A stretch of 56,224 nt of DNA from Ilumatobacteraceae bacterium (GCA_049454855.1 JBMUAQ010000002.1:1-56224), one strand, 5' to 3'. Shown: positions 7,674 to 18,696, counted from the first letter of the stretch. Numbers and translations are program-made. Notes: generated from the letters alone by a model not told the origin.

Positions 7674-8636
7674 GTGGGGGTGACCCTCCGCCTTGCCGTG
7701 CATGAATCGCGGTGGCTGAGCCACGTGCAGTCCACCGCCCGGACCATGCCCGGACTGGTGCCCGTGGTGAAGGGCAACGGGTACGGATTCCGGCGCTGGA
7801 ACCTCATGCCCCTGGCCGGCCAGCTGGCCTCCGAGGTGGCCGTGGGCACCGTGTACGAGGTGCGCGACGTGCCTGCCGGAGTGGTGCCGATAGTGCTCAC
7901 CCCCACCCTGTCGGCCCCGCCCCAGAACCTCCCGCGCAACACGGTTCTCACTGTTGCGAACATCTCGCACCTGAGGGCACTCGTGCACCTCGGGTGGCGC
8001 GGCGACGTGATGGTGAAGCTGCAGTCATCGGCGATGCGTTTCGGGGTTGCCCAGCCCGACTTCCTCCCGCTGATGGAGGAACTGCGCGCCAACCACTTCA
8101 CGGTGCGCGGGTACGCAGTGCACCCACCGCTCGACGGTGACCCGAAGAACCACGTGCGCGACATCGAGAAGTGGCTGCGGGTCATCCCGAACGACGCACC
8201 GCTGTACGTGAGCCACCTCGACCAGGCCGCATATGCGCACGTGCGCGAACGTCACCCCGACCGGTCGTGGAAGATACGGCTCGGCACCGCGCTGTGGCAC
8301 GGCGACAAGTCGATGATGCAACTGTCAGCCGACGTGCTCGACCACCATCCCGTCGAGGCAGGCATGCGCGCGGGCTACAGGCAGACCGCGATTGCCGGCC
8401 CCGGCGAGATCGTCATCGCGGGGTGCGGCACCGCCCACGGCGTGCGCATTCTGGATGACGGCCGCAGCCCGTTCCACTACCAGAAGCAGAGGCTGAACGT
8501 GCTGGAGCCGCCGCACATGCACGTGTCGATGCTGCTCCTCGCACGCGGCAGGCCCGTCCCGCCGGTGGGCGAATGGATCGACGTGCAGCAGCCGCTCACG
8601 CGCGTGCAGGTGGACATCCTGCAGTGGGTGCGCTGA
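7674..8636 (+). CDS. Alanine racemase-like PLP enzyme (short form)
   Basis: GTG start. PVVKGNGYGF (candidate PLP-binding Lys motif) and a racemase-like C-terminal beta domain. Confidence 0.65.
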   Translation: MGVTLRLAVHESRWLSHVQSTARTMPGLVPVVKGNGYGFRRWNLMPLAGQLASEVAVGTVYEVRDVPAGVVPIVLTPTLSAPPQNLPRNTVLTVANISHLRALVHLGWRGDVMVKLQSSAMRFGVAQPDFLPLMEELRANHFTVRGYAVHPPLDGDPKNHVRDIEKWLRVIPNDAPLYVSHLDQAAYAHVRERHPDRSWKIRLGTALWHGDKSMMQLSADVLDHHPVEAGMRAGYRQTAIAGPGEIVIAGCGTAHGVRILDDGRSPFHYQKQRLNVLEPPHMHVSMLLLARGRPVPPVGEWIDVQQPLTRVQVDILQWVR

Positions 8637-8662
8637 CTGCGCAGACCGGTTGACGACGACTG

Positions 8663-9547
8663 TCAGTTGCCGTGGCGGTTGAGTCCGCGCCAGCCCACGG
8701 CCGCCGCGCCCACCAACGGTCCCTGGTCACCGAGCCGGGCCGGCACGATGCGCGCGCCGCGCGAGAACCCGAGCCCGCACAGTTCGTCGAGCGTGCGCTG
8801 GGCGGAGGTGAAGAACGTCGCGCCGAAACCGATCGCCACGCTGCCACCGACAACCGCGAGACGGAGATCGAGCAGGTTGCACACCGACGCCACGGCACGG
8901 CCCACGAGCCGACCGGTGCGCTGCATCGTCTCGTAGGTGGGCTCGGTGGGCGGACGGCCCGTGATCGCCTCGATGGCCGGGCCCGATGCCTCCGCCTCGA
9001 GGCACCCGCGCCCCCCGCAGGTGCACCGGCGGCCGTTCGGCTCCACCACCACGTGCCCCACGTGGCCGGCGTTGCCGGTTGCGCCATCCAGCAACTCCCC
9101 GTTCAGCACGATGCCCCCGCCCACTCCGGTGGACACCACCATCGCCATGAAGTTGTCGACCCCCCTGGCCGCCCCCAACCAGCCCTCGGCGAGAGCCAGA
9201 GCCTTCGCGTCGCCGTCGCCGTGCACGGGGAGACCGGTGAGCGCCCCGAGACGCGAGCGAAGAGGGAAATCCCGCCAGGCGGGGATGTTCAGCGGCGACA
9301 CCTCCTCGGCATTCGGTGTGATCGGGCCGGCGGAGCCGATGCCGCACACCGTCACGGGCATGCCGTGGCGCTCCCGGGCGCGGGAGACCTGGGAACGCAC
9401 GAGGCGGGCCAGTTCCTCGAAGTGCTCGTCGGCCGTGTCACGCGCATCCACCCTGTGCATCTCGCGGTCGAGCAGCTCGCCGCTGCGGGTCACGAGGCCC
9501 ACACCGAACTTCGTGCCCCCGATGTCGACGGCGAGGGCCAGGTCCAT
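8663..9547 (-). CDS. ROK-family sugar kinase or regulator
   Basis: Trimmed to ATG (complement of 9545-9547). Motifs MDLALAVDIGGTKFGVG, GNAGHVGH, CTCGGRGCLE. Confidence 0.85.
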   Translation of the reverse strand: MDLALAVDIGGTKFGVGLVTRSGELLDREMHRVDARDTADEHFEELARLVRSQVSRARERHGMPVTVCGIGSAGPITPNAEEVSPLNIPAWRDFPLRSRLGALTGLPVHGDGDAKALALAEGWLGAARGVDNFMAMVVSTGVGGGIVLNGELLDGATGNAGHVGHVVVEPNGRRCTCGGRGCLEAEASGPAIEAITGRPPTEPTYETMQRTGRLVGRAVASVCNLLDLRLAVVGGSVAIGFGATFFTSAQRTLDELCGLGFSRGARIVPARLGDQGPLVGAAAVGWRGLNRHGN

Positions 9548-9638
9548 ATGGGGAAAAGTATTTCCGCTTCCCGCGGGCCGCACCCAATCGGGGCCCGTCG
9601 GTACCCCCGTTCGGGGCGGTGTCACTAGGTTCTGCGCC

Positions 9639-10301
9639 GTGCCCACCGACTGGAACCCCCTGCTGCGGGACGAACTGAACAAGCCCTACTGGGCCGGGCT
9701 GCAGCAGTTCGTGGCGGATGAACGCCGTCAGCACCGGGTGTTCCCGCCGGAGGACGAGGTGTTCGCGGCACTGCACGAGACCCCGTTCGCCTCGGTGCGG
9801 GTGGTGGTCCTCGGGCAGGACCCGTACCACGGGGCCGGCCAGGCACACGGACTCTGTTTCTCCGTGCGCAAGGGTGTCGCCGTGCCGCCCTCGCTGCGCA
9901 ACATCCATGCCGAGCTGCGCAGCGACCTCGGCATCGACACACCGTCGCACGGGAACCTCACGGCGTGGGCGCGGCGCGGTGTGCTGCTGCTCAACACCAC
10001 CCTCACCGTGCGGGAAGGACAGGCCGGCAGCCACCAGGGGCACGGGTGGGAGACCTTCACCGACCGCGTGATCGAGACGGTGAACGAGCGCACCGAACGC
10101 ACCGTGTTCGTTCTGTGGGGAGGCCATGCCCGGAAGAAGAAGGCACTGGTGACGAACCCTCTGCACACCGTGATCGAGAGTGCGCACCCCTCGCCACTGT
10201 CGGCACACAACGGTTTCCTGGGCAGCCGACCGTTCTCGCGCGCGAACGACGCTCTCGCCGGGGCGGGCCTGCCGGCAGTTGACTGGAGCCTCGACGACTG
10301 A
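9639..10301 (+). CDS. ung: Uracil-DNA glycosylase
   Basis: GTG 9639, in frame with ORF 8937..10301. Motifs VVVLGQDPYHG, GVLLLNTTLTV, HPSPLS. Confidence 0.9.
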   Translation: MPTDWNPLLRDELNKPYWAGLQQFVADERRQHRVFPPEDEVFAALHETPFASVRVVVLGQDPYHGAGQAHGLCFSVRKGVAVPPSLRNIHAELRSDLGIDTPSHGNLTAWARRGVLLLNTTLTVREGQAGSHQGHGWETFTDRVIETVNERTERTVFVLWGGHARKKKALVTNPLHTVIESAHPSPLSAHNGFLGSRPFSRANDALAGAGLPAVDWSLDD

Positions 10302-10332
10302 ACCGGGCGGCGGGCACGGTTATCGTTCCCCC

Positions 10333-10725
10333 GTGGCAACAATCAGGCGTGACATCCACATCGCGTGCCCACCCGACGATGTGTGGGCGCTCGTCGGCGA
10401 CCCGGCCCGCCTGCACGAGTGGTTCCCCGTGAAGGACTGCAGGGTCGAGGGAACGAAGCGCTGGGTAACGCTGCCCACCGGGATCGTGTTCGAGGAGGAC
10501 ATCGTGGTGGTCGACAACAGGTCGCGACGGTTCCAGTACTCCATCGTGAACAACCCGCTCATCAAGGACCACTTCGGCACCGTCGACGTGATCGACGACC
10601 GGCACGGGCACAGCATCCTCTCCTACTCCACACAGTGCACACCGAACGTTCTCGCCCTCGTCACGGCGGGTGCGTCGGGCCAGGCACTGCGCAACGCAAA
10701 GCAGATTCTCGAGGGGGCACATTGA
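10333..10725 (+). CDS. SRPBCC (polyketide cyclase/START-like) family protein
   Basis: GTG 10333. Sequence VATIRRDIHIACPPDDVWALVGDPARLHEWFP.. Its stop overlaps the sulfatase TTG (TTGA). Confidence 0.7.
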   Translation: MATIRRDIHIACPPDDVWALVGDPARLHEWFPVKDCRVEGTKRWVTLPTGIVFEEDIVVVDNRSRRFQYSIVNNPLIKDHFGTVDVIDDRHGHSILSYSTQCTPNVLALVTAGASGQALRNAKQILEGAH

Positions 10726-12296
10726 CCGGCCGGCGCATTCTCTTCATCACCACCGACCAGCAGCGCTTCGACGCGCTCGGCTGCAACGGCGGAACGATTG
10801 CGCGCACGCCCAACATCGACGCACTCGCGCGCGAGGGCATCAACTTCGTTCGCGCGCACCCGCAGAACGTGGTGTGCATGCCGTCGCGCAGCACGATGAT
10901 CACCGGCCAGCACGTGGCCACCCACGGCGTGTGGATGAACGGCGTCCCCCTGCCCGAGGACGCGCCCAGCATCGCTGCCACGCTGCGGTCGGCCGGCTAC
11001 CGCACCGCGCTGCTCGGCAAGGCGCACTTCGAGCCGTTGCTCGACCCGTTCCTGCGCTTCGCCGAGAGCCGCATGGGGCGTGACGGAACGTTCACCGAGT
11101 GGTCGAACCTCCCCGACGGCACGCCGTTCCCGCACCGCGGGTTCGAGCACATGGAGTTCGCCGGCCACGGCGCCGCGGGCAACCTGCACTATGTGGGCTG
11201 GCTGCGCGAGAACCACCCCGAGGTGATGCTCGGCTTCGTGCCGAACCTCGATGCCGACCTCGAGGTCACCACCGAGCCGGGCGGTGACACCATGGCACCG
11301 CAGGTGCGCACCACGAACGGCATCGACCGCGGGTGGTACCACACCGACTGGGTGGCCGACCGCACGATCGCATGGCTCGACTCCGTCGGCAAGGACGACA
11401 GGTGGTTCTGCTGGATGTCGTTCCCCGACCCGCACCACCCGTGGGACCCGCCGCAGAGCGAGTTGCACAGGGTGAACTGGCGCGACCTCGACCTCCCGGC
11501 CGGATACATCGCCGACCCTGACGAACGCGAGCGCGTGCTGTCGTCGAAGCCCGCACACTGGATGGGCTGGTACACGGGGCAGTTCGTCTCGAACTTCGAG
11601 GCACCGCTGAAGTGGGTTCCGGCAACACTGACGGCGGACAACGTGCGCGAGATCAACGCGATGGTGCACGTGAAGAACGAACTCATCGACGAGGCGGTGG
11701 GCCGCGTGCTGGCCGCCATCCGTGCGCGCGGCTGGGAGGACGATGTCGACATCGTCTTCACCACCGACCACGGCGAGATGCAGGGCGACTTCGGTCTCCT
11801 CTTCAAGGGGCCGTACCACGTCGACTCGCTGATGCGCCTGCCGCTCATCTGGAGGCCTGCGAAATCTGCGGGCATCGCGCCCGCCACCGTCACGGCCCCG
11901 GTCGGCCACGTGTCGCTCGCCGCCACGTTCGCCTCCATCGCCGGCCTCAACCGGCCCGGCTACACCGAGGCGGCCGCACTTCCCGTCAGTGACGACGACG
12001 CACGCGCCCGTGGCTTCGAACGTGTGCTCACGGAGTGGGACAGCGTGCTGTTCGGCAAGGAGGTGGGCGTGCGCACCATCCACCGCGACGGGTGGACGTG
12101 CTCCGCGATGCTGCCGGGCACGCTCCATGACGGCACCGAGGGCGAGTTGTACGACCACGCGAACGACCCGCTGCAACGGGTGAACCGGTGGGACGACCCC
12201 TCGGTGCGTGCCCTGCGCGACGACCTGCTGGCCGACATGTGGGACAACCTGCCGTCGCCGGCGGAGCCGCGTCGCGAGTGCGACGCCCCGGTCTGA
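10722..12296 (+). CDS. Sulfatase (formylglycine-dependent type)
   Basis: LTGRRILFITTDQQRFDALG, with the CxPxR FGly motif in VVCMPSRSTMITG. The start is inferred as TTG 10722. No ATG or GTG fits without a long overlap with the upstream gene. Confidence 0.85.
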   Translation: MTGRRILFITTDQQRFDALGCNGGTIARTPNIDALAREGINFVRAHPQNVVCMPSRSTMITGQHVATHGVWMNGVPLPEDAPSIAATLRSAGYRTALLGKAHFEPLLDPFLRFAESRMGRDGTFTEWSNLPDGTPFPHRGFEHMEFAGHGAAGNLHYVGWLRENHPEVMLGFVPNLDADLEVTTEPGGDTMAPQVRTTNGIDRGWYHTDWVADRTIAWLDSVGKDDRWFCWMSFPDPHHPWDPPQSELHRVNWRDLDLPAGYIADPDERERVLSSKPAHWMGWYTGQFVSNFEAPLKWVPATLTADNVREINAMVHVKNELIDEAVGRVLAAIRARGWEDDVDIVFTTDHGEMQGDFGLLFKGPYHVDSLMRLPLIWRPAKSAGIAPATVTAPVGHVSLAATFASIAGLNRPGYTEAAALPVSDDDARARGFERVLTEWDSVLFGKEVGVRTIHRDGWTCSAMLPGTLHDGTEGELYDHANDPLQRVNRWDDPSVRALRDDLLADMWDNLPSPAEPRRECDAPV

Positions 12297-13157
<861 letters not shown>

Positions 13158-13238
13158 GCCGTCACTCTACGGTGCGTCCGCATGGGGAACGACGGGCCCG
13201 CTGTGGGAGCATGAGCCGGGACGGTTGATGGGCATTCG

Positions 13239-14399
13239 ATGGTGACGAGCAGGCAGACCGAGAGGTCGCGACAGACCGACCAGAAGGTTGCGGCAAGCGC
13301 GGCCAACGCCGTGCGCCGCGACGGGGTCGACCAGCTTGCCCTCACGCGGGTGGCATCCGATGCGGGCTACAGCAGCGGTGTGATCTACGCACGCTGCGAC
13401 GACCGCTCCGAGCTGATGGTGCTGGCGTGGCAGCGCAGCTTCTGGCCGGCGGTGTCCGGGGTTCTCGAGGCAGCGCTGCATGCGGCAGAGAACCGCGACG
13501 AGAACGCGATGGAGCGCGCGGTGTCGGCGTGGCGTGCCCTGTGCGACCCCGTGTCGGTGCCCGATGCGGGCAGTGCCGTCGAGGTGATCGTGGCCGCCCG
13601 GCGCGACGAGGTGCTCGGCGAGGTCGTGCACCACGACCTCAACATGCTCCTCGCGATGCACGGTGCGGCCCCGGGAACGGACGGACCGCAGCGTCAGCTC
13701 GCGGTGCTGGTGGTGGCCACGCTCCTCGGCACTGCGCTCCTCAACTCCGCCGCGCCCGGCGCCGACCAACCGGCGATTGACCCCGTTCATCTCCTGCGCC
13801 TGTTCTGCCGGCCTCCCGACACGGGTCGAGGCACTGCCGCACCGGGCACCGCGGAGGCCGACGAGTTCGAGCGGCCACGCACGGGAGACGAAGTGCGCGA
13901 CTCCCTCATCGATGCCACCGAGTACGTGATCTCGCGCTCCGGGGTGCACCGCGCCACCGTGTCGCGCATCGCACGAAGGGCAGGCGTCAGCGTGGGCGCA
14001 ATCTACGGGCTCTACGAGAACAAGGAGTCCCTGGTTCTCGACTGCGTGGAGCTGCTCCACCTCCCGCAGACCGAGCGTGACATCGCCGCGTTCACGTCGA
14101 TGAACACGGGGAACCTGCGGGGGACGATAGCCGCGAACCTGCGCGCGCACCTGTCGGCCGAACGCACCCTGTGGAGACAGTTCCGCCTCGAGTGCCTGGT
14201 GGCGGCCCGGCACACCCCGGCACTCGCGCGGATGCTGGGCGAGTTCACCCACGGTCACCTCGAGTCGATCAGCCACGACATCCGCGTGCCGCTTCTCGAC
14301 CACGTGCCGGCCCGCGCCACCATCGTGGGTCTCGCCGTGCTCGCCACGGCCGACTCGACACTCGCCGGAGTCGACTGGAACTGGTTCCCCATCGGCTGA
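13239..14399 (+). CDS. Tandem (two-module) TetR-family regulator
   Basis: Two TetR-type HTH regions in one 386-aa chain: LALTRVASDAGYSSGVIYARC (about aa 33-53) and ATVSRIARRAGVSVGAIYGLYENKESL (about aa 239-265). Each is followed by a ligand-domain-sized segment. Confidence 0.75.
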   Translation: MVTSRQTERSRQTDQKVAASAANAVRRDGVDQLALTRVASDAGYSSGVIYARCDDRSELMVLAWQRSFWPAVSGVLEAALHAAENRDENAMERAVSAWRALCDPVSVPDAGSAVEVIVAARRDEVLGEVVHHDLNMLLAMHGAAPGTDGPQRQLAVLVVATLLGTALLNSAAPGADQPAIDPVHLLRLFCRPPDTGRGTAAPGTAEADEFERPRTGDEVRDSLIDATEYVISRSGVHRATVSRIARRAGVSVGAIYGLYENKESLVLDCVELLHLPQTERDIAAFTSMNTGNLRGTIAANLRAHLSAERTLWRQFRLECLVAARHTPALARMLGEFTHGHLESISHDIRVPLLDHVPARATIVGLAVLATADSTLAGVDWNWFPIG

Positions 14400-14433
14400 A
14401 CAACCGCCGCACCCACTTGGTTAGTGTCGGTGC

Positions 14434-15789
14434 GTGCTGAAGGAACTTGCCGCCCTCGTCCGTGACGGCTCGGTGAGCCCCGTCGAACTGGTGCAGAGGT
14501 CACTCGACCGCATCGACGCTTCGCGCGGCCTGAACGCCGTCACCGCCCTGTGGGCCGAGGACGCCCTGCGCGAGGCGGCTGCGCATCCCCGCACCGGCGC
14601 CCTCGCGGGTCTGCCGGTGCTCGTGAAGGACATGGTGCGCATCGAGGGGCGCCGCACCACCTTCGGCAGCACCCTGTTCGCCGACGCACCGGCCGACACC
14701 TTCTCCGACGTCATCATCGAACGTCTCCGTACTGCCGGTGCAATCATCATCGGGCGCACCAACACCCCTGAGTTCGGGGCCACGGCCGTCACGGTGAACA
14801 CGTTGTACGGGGCCACCCGCAACCCGTGGAACCCGGAGAAGTCGCCCGGTGGCTCGAGTGGCGGCAGCACCGCCGCCCTCGCGGCGGGACTGGTGCCGGT
14901 CGCAACCACCTCCGACGGCGGCGGCAGCGTGCGCGGGCCCGCGAGCGCGTGCGGTCTGGTGGGCTACAAGCCGTCGATGGGTGCCATCGGGCGCAACGCA
15001 CTCCCGCGCTGGATCGAGTTCTCCACGCAGGGATCGAGCGGAACGTCTGTCGACGACGTCATCACCGAGGCATCGGTGACGCACGGTCCCGCACGCGGTG
15101 ACTTCCTGTCGCTGCCGGCGGGCTCGGTGGACCTCACCCCGCGCATGCCGCGCCGTGTGATCGCCTGCCGCACGTACCGCTCCGACATGGACCCCGAGGT
15201 TGAGGAGGCGTACGAGCGAACCCTCGACATGCTGGCCGCAACCGGGGTGGACGTGGTGCGCGCCCCGTCGCCGTCGAACAACTCATCCGTGTACTGGTGG
15301 TTCGTGATCTCCACGGCGGAACTGCACCAGAGCATGCTCGGGCTGTCCGACCGCTGGGGCGAGACGTGCGACTACGTGCAGGGCCAGCTGGAGTTCGGCG
15401 CGAAGGTCACCGCGCCCCAGTACGTGGAGGCGATGCGCATGCGCCACGAGGTGGGTGCACGCTTCGACGACCTCATGGGGAACGACTCGGTGGTGGTGGT
15501 GCCCACGGTGAACTCGCGGGCCTGGCCGGCAGAGGGGCCGATGGCCAGTTCCGCGGGTTCGGTGGAGCACGACACGATGATCGCCCTGAACACGAGCGAC
15601 GCGAACTTCACCGGTCACCCTGCCGTCAGCGTTCCGATGGGTCTCGACCGCCACGGCGTGCCGATGGGTTTCCAGGTCACCGCGCCACGGTTCGGCGACT
15701 CGCTCGCGCTCGGGCTCGCGCAGCACATCGAGCGGCATGCCCCGTGGCAGCGGGTCGCCACCGGTCACGACGCGTTCTGGAACGACTGA
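14434..15789 (+). CDS. Amidase (amidase-signature family)
   Basis: GTG start. Motifs VKD, GGSSGGSTAALAAG, TSDGGGSVRGPAS. Confidence 0.9.
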   Translation: MLKELAALVRDGSVSPVELVQRSLDRIDASRGLNAVTALWAEDALREAAAHPRTGALAGLPVLVKDMVRIEGRRTTFGSTLFADAPADTFSDVIIERLRTAGAIIIGRTNTPEFGATAVTVNTLYGATRNPWNPEKSPGGSSGGSTAALAAGLVPVATTSDGGGSVRGPASACGLVGYKPSMGAIGRNALPRWIEFSTQGSSGTSVDDVITEASVTHGPARGDFLSLPAGSVDLTPRMPRRVIACRTYRSDMDPEVEEAYERTLDMLAATGVDVVRAPSPSNNSSVYWWFVISTAELHQSMLGLSDRWGETCDYVQGQLEFGAKVTAPQYVEAMRMRHEVGARFDDLMGNDSVVVVPTVNSRAWPAEGPMASSAGSVEHDTMIALNTSDANFTGHPAVSVPMGLDRHGVPMGFQVTAPRFGDSLALGLAQHIERHAPWQRVATGHDAFWND

Positions 15790-15793
15790 ACGG

Positions 15794-16381
15794 ATGGCCG
15801 CTCGGCGCTCCTTCGACGAGGCGTACTACGCACGCTTCTACGGCGACGACCCGGTGCACACCGCATCGAAGGTGGCATCGCTCGCCTCCGCGGTTCACTC
15901 GCTCGCGCAGTGGTGGGATCTCCCGCTGCGTTCGGTGCTCGACATCGGCGCGGGCCCCGGGTACTGGCGTGACTGGTACGCGCAGAACCACCCGGAGGTG
16001 CGTTACGTGTCGACCGACGTGAGCGAGCACGCCTGCCGCACCTACGGTCACCAGCGCCGCGACATCACGCAGTGGCGACCGGCGCAGATGTTCGACCTCG
16101 TCGTGTGCCACGGCGTGCTGCACTACCTTCCCCCCGCCGGGGCGGAACGGGCGATCGACAACATCGCTGCCACCTCGCGCGGCATCGTGTACATCGAGGC
16201 CCCCACGCGCCGCGACCTCGACGAGATCGTCGACACGGAGTCCACCGACATGGACGTGCACCGCCGCACCGGCGCGTGGTACCGCGCGCGGCTCGCGCCG
16301 CACTTCGAGCAGATCGGCGCGGGACTGTGGCTGAGCCGGCGCTGTCCGCTGCCGCTCTACGAACTGGAGCGCGCCCGCTGA
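15794..16381 (+). CDS. Class I SAM-dependent methyltransferase
   Basis: Trimmed to ATG 15794. Contains VLDIGAGPGYW (motif I). Starts 4 nt after the amidase stop. Confidence 0.8.
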   Translation: MAARRSFDEAYYARFYGDDPVHTASKVASLASAVHSLAQWWDLPLRSVLDIGAGPGYWRDWYAQNHPEVRYVSTDVSEHACRTYGHQRRDITQWRPAQMFDLVVCHGVLHYLPPAGAERAIDNIAATSRGIVYIEAPTRRDLDEIVDTESTDMDVHRRTGAWYRARLAPHFEQIGAGLWLSRRCPLPLYELERAR

Positions 16382-16382
16382 G

Positions 16383-17360
16383 TCACCCGAAGTCGGGAAC
16401 CAGCGCCACCTTGCCCACGACCCTGCGGTTCTGCATGTCACGCAGGGCGTCCACCGCCCTGCTCATCGGGTACGGAACCGGCTCCACCGGGTGCAGCGTG
16501 CCCGCCACGATGCGCTCCATCACCTCGCGCAGCATCACCTGGTTCTCCGCCTGGTTGCGGCCCACCCATGCCCCCCAGTCGACCCCCACAACGGTGCGGT
16601 TCAGGAGCAGCACGAAGTTCGCTGGCAGGCGCGGGATCCCGCCCACGAACCCCACCACCATGTACTGACCGTGTGCGTTCAGGGCGCGCAGGCACGGCTC
16701 GGCGAGGTCGCCCCCCACCGGGTCGTACACGATGTCCACGCCACCGCCGGCGAGCTCCCGCACCTTCGCCTTCACGTCGTCGTTCAGCACGTCGACAGCA
16801 GCGAACGCACCGCGGTCGAGCGCAAGCTGCCGCTTCTCCTCGCTGGATGCTCCGGCAATCACGCGCAACCCGAGCGACACGCCCACGTCCACGGCCGCGA
16901 GACCCACCCCTCCGCCGGCACCGAGCACCAGCATCGTGCGGCCGGGCTCCTGGGTGGTGCGGCGCGTGAACGCGAACCAGGCGGTGAGATAGCTCTGCAT
17001 GAAGGTGGCACCCTGGCCGTCGGACAGCGAATCCGGTATCGGCAGCATGCGGTTCGCGGCCGTCACCACCTCATCGGAGAAACCGCCCGCACCCACCGGC
17101 ACGAACACGCGCCTGCCGATCAGGGATGCGTCCACTCCCGGTCCGGTCTCGGTGACCGTTCCCGTCACCTCGCTGCCGGGGACCCACGGCACCTGCGGCT
17201 TGATCTGGTAGCGGCCCTCGATCATCAACGCATCCACGTAGTTCAGCCCGCATGCCGAGACTCTCACCCGCACCTGACCGTCGGCGAGCACCGGTGACGG
17301 TCTCTCCTCCACGGTGAGTGCATCGAGATTGCCGAGTTCGTGGATCACGAGCGACTTCAT
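16383..17360 (-). CDS. NADPH:quinone oxidoreductase / zeta-crystallin-type MDR
   Basis: Trimmed to ATG (complement of 17358-17360). Motifs MKSLVIHELGNLDAL, ACGLNYVD, VLGAGGGVGLAAV. Confidence 0.85.
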   Translation of the reverse strand: MKSLVIHELGNLDALTVEERPSPVLADGQVRVRVSACGLNYVDALMIEGRYQIKPQVPWVPGSEVTGTVTETGPGVDASLIGRRVFVPVGAGGFSDEVVTAANRMLPIPDSLSDGQGATFMQSYLTAWFAFTRRTTQEPGRTMLVLGAGGGVGLAAVDVGVSLGLRVIAGASSEEKRQLALDRGAFAAVDVLNDDVKAKVRELAGGGVDIVYDPVGGDLAEPCLRALNAHGQYMVVGFVGGIPRLPANFVLLLNRTVVGVDWGAWVGRNQAENQVMLREVMERIVAGTLHPVEPVPYPMSRAVDALRDMQNRRVVGKVALVPDFG

Positions 17361-17415
17361 GCGGTCACGGTACACCGACACATTCGTCCGATGACCACCG
17401 AAGTAGCCTCGGCAC

Positions 17416-18696
17416 GTGCCCCGGCGAGAACGCCTCACGAGTCTTCCCGTGCTCGCGGCCGCGTACCTCGCAGTCCGTGCGTCGGTGGTGTGGGGCCGCA
17501 CACCGGCACGCTTCCCTGACTCCGTCGGGTACCTCGATTTCTCGCTGTTGTCCCCCGGCTCGCGCCTGTGGCCGGTGACCCTGGTGTACGCACTGTGCAG
17601 CGCCGACACCGCTCGGGTGTCGGCACAGGTTCTGCTCGGGGCATGTGCATGGGTGTGGCTCGCACGCGAGCTCTCGAACGGGGTCCGTTTCCCGGCGGTG
17701 GTGAGGTCGGTGACCCTCCTCGTGGGTCTCGTGCCGCAGGTGGTGCGCTACGACCTTGCGATCCTGTCGGAGTCACTGTCGATCTCGCTCGGCGTCGCCA
17801 CCGTCGCCGCATCTGTTGCCGTCGCGAGACGACCGTCCCCCGGCATGCGCTGGGCATGGACCGCGGTGTTCGCCACGTTCGCGATGAGCCGCCAGCAGCA
17901 CCTTCTCCTTCTCTTCGCGGCGGCTGCGGCCGTGCTCGTCACCGCTGCCGTGCGGCGACGGGTGCCCGCGGCCGGTGGGCTCGTGCTCGTGGCCGCGGCC
18001 GTGTTCGGTGTGCAGCAGCTGGGGGCCACCTCGTCACTGTCCGTGCTGAACATGTACACGGTGCTCTCCGAGCGCGTGATCACCGACGACACACGCTTTG
18101 CCTGGTTCGCGGAACAGGGCATGCCCGTGGTTCCCGGCATGCGCGAGGCGGGCGGCTACGACTACGTCGAGCAGGTTCCCGCCGACCTGCTGGCACGTGC
18201 GGGGTTCCCCGAGGGGCAGGCACCGCCCAGCATGCTGCGGGTGGGTGGTCTGCCGCTTCTGGAGTGGGTGCAGGACCACGGCTGGCGTACGTATGCGCGG
18301 TGGGTCATCACGCATCCGGGTGACACCGGCGACCGGCTCGTCGACCTCGCCGGGCCGACACTGCGGCCGCCGAACGACGACTTCCTCCCGCTCGAGACAC
18401 GCACCCCGGTGCCCAGAGATCTCTTCCCGCCGTGGAGGCTGTCGATTGTGCTGTGCTTCGCCGCCGTCGTTGTCGGGTTCGTCACGTCCCGACGACGGGA
18501 GGCCGGCATCGTGGCGTTGCTGGTCAGTGCGTCATCCGTGCTGTACGCAACGGCGGTGATGGGCTCGGGAATCGAGCACCCGCGTCACGTCGCGGTGAGC
18601 GCGGTGTTCCTCGCGGTCAGTGGCCTGGTGGCGCTGTCGACGGTGCTGCCCCGTCGCCCTGAAGCGGGACCCGCGGAGGGTCCCGTCAGGAACTGA
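17416..18696 (+). CDS. Polytopic membrane protein of unknown function
   Basis: 426 aa, GTG start. Several N-terminal TM segments, a soluble loop and 2 C-terminal TM segments. I recognise no family motif. Confidence 0.6.
   Translation: MPRRERLTSLPVLAAAYLAVRASVVWGRTPARFPDSVGYLDFSLLSPGSRLWPVTLVYALCSADTARVSAQVLLGACAWVWLARELSNGVRFPAVVRSVTLLVGLVPQVVRYDLAILSESLSISLGVATVAASVAVARRPSPGMRWAWTAVFATFAMSRQQHLLLLFAAAAAVLVTAAVRRRVPAAGGLVLVAAAVFGVQQLGATSSLSVLNMYTVLSERVITDDTRFAWFAEQGMPVVPGMREAGGYDYVEQVPADLLARAGFPEGQAPPSMLRVGGLPLLEWVQDHGWRTYARWVITHPGDTGDRLVDLAGPTLRPPNDDFLPLETRTPVPRDLFPPWRLSIVLCFAAVVVGFVTSRRREAGIVALLVSASSVLYATAVMGSGIEHPRHVAVSAVFLAVSGLVALSTVLPRRPEAGPAEGPVRN

Noticed and set aside
7674-8636. The alanine-racemase-like gene as a substitute for the missing mftD
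   Set aside because: It has a PLP-fold racemase motif (KGNGYG), not an FMN alpha-hydroxy-acid oxidase. It is separated from the mft genes by a convergent DUF4395 gene. I have no sequence-based support for a role in the pathway.
10623-12176. 517-aa minus-strand ORF opposite the sulfatase
   Set aside because: It is antisense to a gene with the CxPxR sulfatase signature. The sequence is Arg/His/Val-rich nonsense.
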